A stretch of DNA of 59,031 nucleotides, the filler included, from Sluysia triapertura (lineage: Eukaryota): the NCBI GenBank assembly GCA_046118255.1. It is 4 parts of 4 records of this genome, joined end to end, with 100 filler letters (N's around TTAATTAATTAA, not from the genome) between each part and the next. Parts side by side here need not be neighbours in the genome. Positions count along the whole stretch, not along the records: positions 44,858 to 59,031 come from JBJNIA010004224.1; 3 more parts are not named here. One strand, 5' to 3'. The number at the start of each line of letters is the position of its first letter. Within the stretch, counting starts at the first letter, position 1. Under the pieces are notes generated by a model. That model was not told the DNA's origin. It made no database searches and saw nothing but the letters and a program-made list of their open reading frames with translations. Made by a program: the position numbers and the translations under genes. Positions 50,355-59,031 of the stretch are shown here, piece after piece.

Positions 50355-53300
50355 CTATGTGGTATAATTTCAGTAAATAAATGTAATTTCAATATACATA
50401 AAAATAAAAATTCTAATTACGTACATATAATTGCAATGTACAAATTTTGTACTTTTAATCTATGTGGTATAAATTCTTTTTTATTTACACATTATAATAA
50501 ATTTAGCCATTTACAAATATAAATATTAGATTTATTGTTAATAATAATAATAATATATTTTACTGTCTGCGATAATAATAATAATAATTACTGTCCTTTA
50601 TTTTTTTAAACAAAATTATTATTTATATTGAAATACATTAAGATTTATAATTTTATATTATATTAAAATTAAAATTAAAATTTGTATTAAAATTTATATT
50701 ATTATATTAACAGATATACAAACGATTTTTAAACAAAAAAATTTTAAAAAACGCACTCTTAAGCCACCAATATTAAAACAATTTTTTTTCTTTTTAATAA
50801 CAATTATAATAAGATAACAAAAATAATAAAATTCATCGTATTTCTTGTACTGTACTTGATTCTTGAAGTACTTAAACCCTATTGGTTTAGTTGAGAGGTC
50901 GCATAATTATTAAAAAGTAATTCATTAAATAGGCGCTTAGGGCACCTGATAAACTTTGGACATTTTTCTTGCAACACGATTGAAAAAACTAAATAAAACG
51001 GACTAAAATTTATTACATTAAACTTCACAACATATCCATCTAATAAAAACGCATTGATACAAGAAAAAGAATTAGAATGAGAATGAGACTGGGCACACGC
51101 AAGTGCTGTAAACACAGACACAGTTGGATGAACAAAAAATAAAAGAGACCTGTACGATAATAATGTGTATAAAAAGTTTTGGTGAAGTTGTCCTTTGTCT
51201 GAGTTCTTCTCATGATTAAATAGATGTCTGTTTGATCCTAATTTGAATTTTAAATCTTACTGTCCCTATCTCTGGCATTGGTGAATCGAACTGGAGTAAA
51301 ATATGTGATGCACTGGTACCATCTATACACAAACTTATCTCCTGTATCTCAACTAGCGTTCCAACGCTAAAACCAAAATCATAATTTCAAAATTTAAATT
51401 TAAAATTCAATCCTTACGTTTTCCTTGCTTCGTCTTTTTACTCCAAGGTGCTCCTTATGACTAAACGGTACTCTATGCTCAGAGTGTAACTTCTCGAGGT
51501 ATGGTCTGGAATTACTAAGAACGCCTGGTTCGAGATATGCATTGGTTTCTTCGGAGAAAACTCTTTCCCTAAATATATGGTGGATTCTATATTTATGGCC
51601 GGCTTCGAAATAACTTTTAAACTTTAATTCATCCAGCCTTCTTTGCATTGCAATGAAAAACGATAAATATAGAGAGAATGGTTAATTGGGGATGACAGTG
51701 ATAATATGTTAACGCATATATTTAGAATTGCCTACTGATATTAGATAAATTTAGGGCTTTAAATTAGATTGAGTCTTAAAATATTTAATAGTCTGAATTT
51801 TATTAAAAAGTTTACAATGAGCCTACTTGTTGATGTCTGGTGGTTATGTATTTGTAATAATTTCGAGTTGCAGTTTAATTTTGTGTGGCGGATAGTGCAG
51901 GATAAAATCGTGGGGACGGCACGAACACCACAATTGGTTATATAATTATTATCAATAACAGAAACCAAGTTTCTGACATAACTTCAAAATCAATTCTTTT
52001 CGTATAAAATAGATATAATGAATTGTTGATATCAGAATCACAATCAAATATTGATACACCACAGAGAGGTATTACAAATTTGTTCTACAAAAATTCAACA
52101 TGCTTACAATTTATGAATTTAAAAAGAATTTCAAAAAAATAATAACAATGATGACGCTAATGGCGATCGTAAGAAAAGGACTATGATGTTGCAATAGAGT
52201 AAGACTGATATTAACATAATTGGTTATAATATTAATATGATTTTATTGTCGGATTTTATAGTCTGCAGTGTGTGGTTTGTAATTTGTGTCGAATATAGTG
52301 AGATGATAATGTATAAAATAGGTTTAATGTAAAGTTCTATGCATGTGGATGGCAGGGGCACCACAGCACATTTAGTTTTGTGGTATTAAAATGATTGACT
52401 TAGTTTGAAGAGGAACGAAAAAAATATATATTAGCGAATAAATCAAATATTCAAGATTTGAAATCTCATATAACATGTTAAGCATAAAGTTCGGTCAATC
52501 ATTAATGGATATTTGGCTATCGCGGTGCAGTTCTTGTTTTGTAAAATATGAATATAAAATAATCCCTGTTTTAGAAACGTACTAAACTATCTTTCAATTG
52601 TTATAAAACATTGTTGAAACACTCAGTGGCTTTTGAAACTAGTATTGTACTGGAAAACAATGCAATATCGAATGTGAACCTTATCATTATTATAAAACAT
52701 CTGCTTTTGAAATTTAAATCTAAGTTTATGTTTTTAATAATTTTGATGAATATTTAAACAATATTTATTAAATTTGAGCTATTTAATTTTTAAATCTGTA
52801 CAAAAATATATACAAAGATTTTCTTTCCAATTCAATAATATTTATTTGGGATAAATCGTACTAGTTTGATTTATAATATCACTTAAAGCTGATCACAATT
52901 TTCCGTGATTTGATATTTTCCGGTAGCCAAATATTAATTTTTGAAATAGGAACGATATATAACCTGTTACTTATAGTTATCAATTGTTATGTCTTAAAGA
53001 TATTCAGGAATTCATAATATAATCATTTGATGCTTGTCAAATTTTATAAATAATAAATCAATATTATTATATTTCAATATCCAAAAAATAGAATATAAAC
53101 TGTTGGAGTCGTCAGAAGATACAGTGATTGTAAGGATATCTAAACTTGAAAGTAAAGGGGTTAATATTTTCTAAAGGTTTACAAAAAATTTATAATTCTA
53201 TTTATTAATTTAATTAAAATTGCTGGAAAACATTTTGATCAATAACTCTCTGTATAGGAGCGGTTTCACATATAATAAAATACAATCATGAAATGTATCA

Positions 53301-56192
53301 GTGTTATGATGAACATCAAGACTGTGTAAAACACATCAACGCAGATAACTTAAAATCAGTTTAAATTAATTTTCTTTATAAAGTTAAATTTTTATGTATC
53401 ATAATGAGAATACATAATAAAAGTATATATCAAATTAATTTTCTCTAAGAGATCATAATGTTACTGAAAGTGGCGTGTGAGGTATCGTTAATGTGCTGCG
53501 CACTGTATCAAAAGTTATTTATTTGATGTAGTATTTAAAGTTATTTAAATGAGACGATATTGGTTTATCAATTAAAAATGTTACCGTAAAATGTTTAAAA
53601 TTTTCTTTAAATTCGAGTTTAATTTTATTAATGATTATAAATGAATTAAATTAACACGACAAAAATAAGCCCTTATGATAGATTTATTAGCAACATAAAA
53701 TTTTGGAATATAGAGTTCGTTAGAATAAGCAAGATAAACAATCACAAATAAAAGAATTACTTAGGAGTTGTTGCATTGTTTGAAAACTAGATACGTGCAC
53801 GTTGGATACTGATTCATTTCGCTGATTGTGGAATATGATTTACTACGCAACTTTAGAACAAAGAACACGAAATTTACATCTAGGTTCATTTTATAATTAT
53901 CTTGCATTAAGTAAGAGGTATCATCTAAATAGTTGATATTACCAGCATTATAATCTCCCTTTATAATTTGATATACTTAATTTATGGAGAAGTTGAAGAT
54001 ATAACTTGAAGAATATTATTCGCATTGAATTTGTAGACACTGTAGTCTTTATATTTTGATAGACATAGTTCATGATGAATTTGGCGATACTGTAATGATA
54101 ATTATGTAATTTATTGAGTCAAGTAATTTTGTGTTCTACTACTAATTTTAGTAGTGTATATATTAAAATGAAATGACAAAAAACTGCAACTTAATACATA
54201 GCTGTTATTTATTGAAATTATATTATTATGATTAATATTATGACAATTATTATAGCTATTATTACTAATATCGTTATTATTGTCATCATTATTATTATTT
54301 TGAGGATTATGATGCGTTTCGTTGCTTTTTATAATGTGGATATTGTTTATAAGAATCTGATAGTGATCTTTTACAATAATCTTTATTTTCATTTTCATTA
54401 TCATTACAAGTCCGTAGATCTTGAAAATTAATTTGGATATCAGTAGTTGGTACTGAGTTTTTTATTGAAGAATTAATGACGAAGTGGAACCACTGTACAT
54501 ATGTTGTGACAAAAGATCGGATTCAATTCGATATCTATGCTTCTTCAGGCACATGTTTAATTCTAGAAATTCCTTTGTTTTCTTCATTCTTTACATTGTA
54601 TCTTTTATATTTACAATATATAATATGATGTACCTGGGATGAAATTGCGGATTACAGGATTTGAGAAATCCTAACTTCATTTTCTTTTCTACAAATATCA
54701 TCTTCTAATTTTACAATTTTTCAAATGATCGAGTAAAAATGAGAACATTTTTTAAACTGAGAAGAGTATTCATAACATCGTCACTTTGTGAAATAAATGA
54801 TTGCAATTCAGATTGTTCCTTGGTTTTATGAAGAAGAGAAATATGAGTAAGGAGAAGTGAGAATCAGTAAGAGAAACAGTTATAAAAGAAAGTTAATGAA
54901 ATTGAAGATGTTTAATGGAAATTTCATTTTTTTATTTTAGATGAGTTTATTGAATTTTAATGCATTGAGCGATTTAAATGTTGTGCAGTTAAAATTGATG
55001 CGGGTTGATTTAAAATTTTGTTTAACGGTGTTGGTCACCACAAGTGAAAATAAGTTTTATATTTGATTAGATTTCATATTCAATTAAATTAATGCTTTAT
55101 TATATCAATAAGCTTTATAACCATCATGCTATATTTTAATTTTATTATTTTGAATAATTGTTAGATAATATTAAGGCGGAAATTTATGTTCAAATTTGAT
55201 TAATAAAATTGGTCGGCATAAAATCAACTCTAAAAATTTTATCTTATTGTTTATTTATTGTCATTTGGTTACTAACATTTATATATGTTGTATAAACCCT
55301 GAGATTGAGTATTATAATTTTATTTTATTGAATTATTGTGAGATTGGTAATTGTAAATTAACTAATTGTCGTACAAAGACTGGGTTGTATTAAGTTAATA
55401 ATTATTTGATTTCTATTGTAATGTATATTGTGATATAGTTATAATATATTGAGATATTATCGTTGTTAATCCAAAGAGTATTAAAAAGATGAAAGCGCAA
55501 CACAACGCTTATAAAGAGTTGAAAATAATTTAATTTTGAATGAATTTAGTTTCTATTAGTTTCATTTGAAAATACAATTTTTACACTATCTTTAGAAAAT
55601 CATGGATCCAAATGCACACCACAGACCACTCAAACACAGACACACCAATGACAAACTTACTGCTCCAGATTCTCAACAACACAGACATTCGGTTTCTAAA
55701 GTACCGAATACAAACGAACACTTCCAAACGAAACCTCACAAATCTAAATCGAAGCATAAAGATTTTTCTAATACATTTACTGAATCGAATGATAATTTTA
55801 ACAAATTATTTGCCCCGTCGGACGTTCTCACTGTTAAACGCAGCACCCATAAAATATCATCGAAAATAAAAAAAGAACCCAAAGAATCTTCAAAACATTC
55901 CTCAAATAAATCTCAGATAACGACTTCCATCGGCTCAGCAACAGCAGCAGCAGCAACAACATTGAACGAAGCACCGGCAAAGAAATCAAACACGAAATTT
56001 TCGAACAAAAAAATGCCAAAAAGTAACATTACAGTAAATGCAAAAGATAAATCGAAAAGCGATCATTTAAAGAAACAAATATTTGGTTTATCGGATGATG
56101 ATGATGACGACGACGATGATGATGATGATGATAATGATGATAACAATGAAATTAAAAATAATGAAGAGGAAAATGATTATGGTGACAGCAAC

Positions 56193-56246
<54 letters not shown>

Positions 56247-56540
56247 CGACACAAAGAAGAAGCAATTAATCATAGTAGAAATAATCAAATGGGTCGTCTA
56301 TTCGGCAATGATTTCAATACGAGCTCATCCGATGACGCTGATATAAGTGATTTCAAGAAGTCGATAAAGTGTAAAAGTGAGAAAAAAGTGCAAGATGAAA
56401 GTATCAATCAAATTCCCACTGGTATAATAGTAGATCGTAAACAATTGTTTGGGGATAATGATGATGACGATGATGATGAAGATGATGAAGACGATGATGT
56501 CGGTGTCGGTGTCGGAAATAGGAATAACATTTTGAGTTAA
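46723..56540 (+). CDS. YEATS-domain chromatin reader with long Lys/Ser/Asp/Asn-rich tail (AF9/ENL-like architecture); exons 46723-46752, 46785-46953, 46990-47195, 47266-47379, 48044-48376, 55596-56540
   Basis: GT-AG introns keep the frame throughout. THRWKIRV, IKRVKFQLHETFEKPVQILTAPPFEIEEEGFGEF. The 3' end is uncertain; no AHD domain was found. Confidence 0.85.
48538..49270 (-). pseudogene. Antisense orphan ORF remnants in YEATS intron 5 (unit 1)
   Basis: ORFs of 109 and 64 aa; CSDGYLVKV...KFILSPKSFCNNFISN matches unit 2. Confidence 0.35.
49376..49670 (+). pseudogene. Orphan family TLYY/YSS copy
   Basis: Homologous to 37430-37815 (minus). Confidence 0.4.
49800..50041. repeat. 81-bp tandem repeat, 3 copies
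   Basis: ataataatcgtt recurs at 49801, 49882 and 49963; few substitutions, no indels. Confidence 0.9.
50879..51968 (-). pseudogene. Antisense cluster of short orphan ORFs in YEATS intron 5 (unit 2), including 82-aa ATG ORF 51400-51648
   Basis: Closely packed minus-strand ORFs with raised GC; LDGYVVKF...KFIRCPKRLFNELLFN. Confidence 0.35.
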
Positions 56541-56609
56541 TTTTATTTAATTATATTAATTCATATTATATTAATACAAAAATTCACTTTATAATTTAAA
56601 ATAAAATAA

Positions 56610-56667
<58 letters not shown>

Positions 56668-56829
56668 GTAATTTAAAGCATGTAATTTAATTTTTAAGTA
56701 AATATTCAATGAAATAAAATTTTAAATTAAATAAACTTAAGAAAAACGTATAAATATGAAAGTGAAAAAGAAGCATCTCAAAAAGTATATTCAAATGATA
56801 GTAAAAGAAAAATAAGAGGTGAGAATAAA

Positions 56830-57815
56830 AAAGGAGTTGCAGAAAGTTATTTCACACTTAAGCCGCATAATCATTATTTTGACAGCTGATATAGTAAGGC
56901 TTGTGGTGCTAAAAATTTTGTTTGATTCTTTGTAATAGTTTTGTTTGGTGCATTATCAAAGATGAAAAATCGAAAGTAGCATTTTCGGCATATTTTACTT
57001 TTTTACTATCGAAAAGGTGAAAGTACAGTTCAAACAAGGCGAAAGTTATGTGATATGTATGAAGAAGATGTATTGACCGAACGACAATGCCAAAATTGGT
57101 TTGCAGTATTTCGATGTTGAAGATGCACCATATTCTGGAAGACCCGTTGAAGCCGATTAAGACAAAATAAAGGCATTGATAGATGCAAACTGCCGAAAAA
57201 CAACTCGTGAGATTAGTGAGAGGTTAAATTTGTCGAATTCGACTGTTCATGATCACGTGAAGCTTTTCTTCGTCACATTAACGACTATGATTATTGGCAA
57301 CGAGAAATGAGATCATGGGGTAAAAAGATGAACCAGCTCACATCAATTCGAAGGCCGATACCTGTTTGGCGGGATTTCAAGGAGATCGTATTTTTGAGCT
57401 TCTACCGGACAATTCTGAAGTATACTGTAATCAACTTGACGAATTGAATGATTCACTTAAACCGAAAAGGCCAGAATTGATCAATAGAAAAGGTATATTG
57501 TTCCATCACGATAATACGAGACCTCGAACAAGTTTGTTAATTCGTCAAAAGTCTTTAATAGGAAGTACCACTATATCCACCACATTCTCCAGATTTGGCA
57601 TTTTCGGACTATAATTTGCTCCGGTCTGTAAAATTTTTTGGATGGGAAGATCTTCACTTCAGATATCACTTGGACGAGTTTTTGCATGCAAAGATGATCG
57701 GAATCAATATCCTGTCCGAAAGGTGGAAAAGTATTGGACCAAAATGGAGAATATATAATTTAATATAATGTTTATAAACGTTCATTTTCACCGAAAAAGC
57801 GAAAGTACGAAATTT
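56830..57815 (+). mobile_element. Decayed near-full-length mariner transposon
   Basis: From ATG 56962: HFRHILLFYYRKG...RKLCDMYEEDVLTERQCQNWFA; later SGRPVE, YCNQLDELNDSLKPKRPELINRKGILFHHDNTRP and a PPHSPDLAFSDY-type motif. Confidence 0.88.
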
Positions 57816-58199
57816 TTTAAAATATAAAAATTGCATATAAGATGCTTATGGATAGGCTTAATTTCTTTGCATAACAACTTAAGGTCTCTTGATGTCTAAT
57901 AATTATTCAGTGGATGAGGACACGTTTGCTTGTTACCTAGGGTACTCGACATTTAATTCAAAAATAGAAAAAAATCATTACTAACTTGATCATTAGATTC
58001 GCTCAGAAAATGTTCTTGTTTCTAACGATGGTTCGTATAATAAAACATTTAGAAAAAGAGATTTTAAAAGATGTATAATTGACTGTGATCATTACTTAGA
58101 AAGTAGTTTTTAAAAATTAAAATTGCCGACTTATGTAGCTTTAGAAATTTTTTTTCATTATTTATAATAGTAAGTAATATCAGTTAGGACAATAATGAT

Positions 58200-58201
58200 A
58201 A

Positions 58202-58270
<69 letters not shown>
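58200..58270. repeat. (AAT)n microsatellite (others near 16285, 23812, 29457, 40883, 50301, 56192 in CDS, 56610)
   Basis: Read directly from the sequence. Confidence 0.9.
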
Positions 58271-58271
<1 letters not shown>

Positions 58272-59031
58272 TAATAGCACACATTAAAATGATAATAATT
58301 TTAACTTTAAAAAATGGAATTAAAATATTTATCATAATTATTAAAAACAAACTGACAATGTGATTAAGAAAAAATATACTCATTGGATCCAGAACAATAC
58401 TTTCAAGAAAACGATAGTTATTGTACAAAGAAATAACAAATCAAATATAATGAGTATTTTAGAAGTGTACAAATGTAAATAGAAGTATAAGAAAATAGCA
58501 TTATCATTTATTTTAAGTTGAAAAATATGAAATCATATAAATGAAATCTTAATGATATGAGTATATAAGAGTATAAAAATGTAATGAAGTGTGATTAAAT
58601 GGGTAATGTTGATATTATGAGTTAATTTGGCATTATATTTCAATTTATACAAATTCTGAGAAGGATAAATTCTGTTTGATTAATTCTACTTAAAGAAAAA
58701 GTTACAAAAATTGTGTTTATTATTTATTAAATACAATTTAATCGAATTTAAATACAGTACTCTTCAACTAATGATACAAGCTTTAATTTTTTATAATTTA
58801 ATGATATTTATGGACCTGTTGCTTTTTCTAAGATAAATAAATAAAAATATGTTATTTACAAATTTAAATAAATATTATTTGTATTTTAAAATAAAACAAA
58901 TCATATCAAATCGATAATTACTTAACTATACATATTAATAATACAACAATTGAAAATGTAATAATTCAGATTAGATTAAAATTACAGAATTATAGTAATT
59001 ATAATAATAATCATTATTATTATTATTATTG

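Noticed and set aside
56083-58428. Poly-Ile/Leu/Met ORFs (also 24906, 40617, 42153, 54111, 54228)
   Set aside because: Alternate-frame translations of microsatellites or N gaps.

Overview
Very AT-rich eukaryotic (invertebrate-like) nuclear DNA. It is made of four contigs of about 14-15 kb joined by artificial 100-nt spacers (44 N + TTAATTAATTAA + 44 N at 14840, 30175 and 44758), so adjacency across those points is not real. Three host genes are clear: an intronless UBA5 (UFM1 E1; 6337-7554) with an exact 305-bp copy of its 5' end upstream, the middle six exons of a classical calpain (14990-27266), and a spliced YEATS-domain gene with 32- and 36-nt introns (46723-56540). Decayed DNA transposons (mariner, Tc1, hAT, hATm) and (AAT)n microsatellites are common. 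The main unexplained signal is a set of dense, intronless, partly decayed small-ORF islands found in three of the four contigs. They share several paralogous orphan families. One island is a virus-like head-to-tail cassette (34334->31600, minus strand): two type I membrane glycoproteins (PPxY tail; YxxI tail), a stand-alone retropepsin, a RING-H2 gene and a beta-repeat gene. Another island carries a Pol III tRNA-Ala-like RNA with intact G3:U70/A73 identity but no canonical anticodon arm. All translations and alignments were done by eye; no database search was run.
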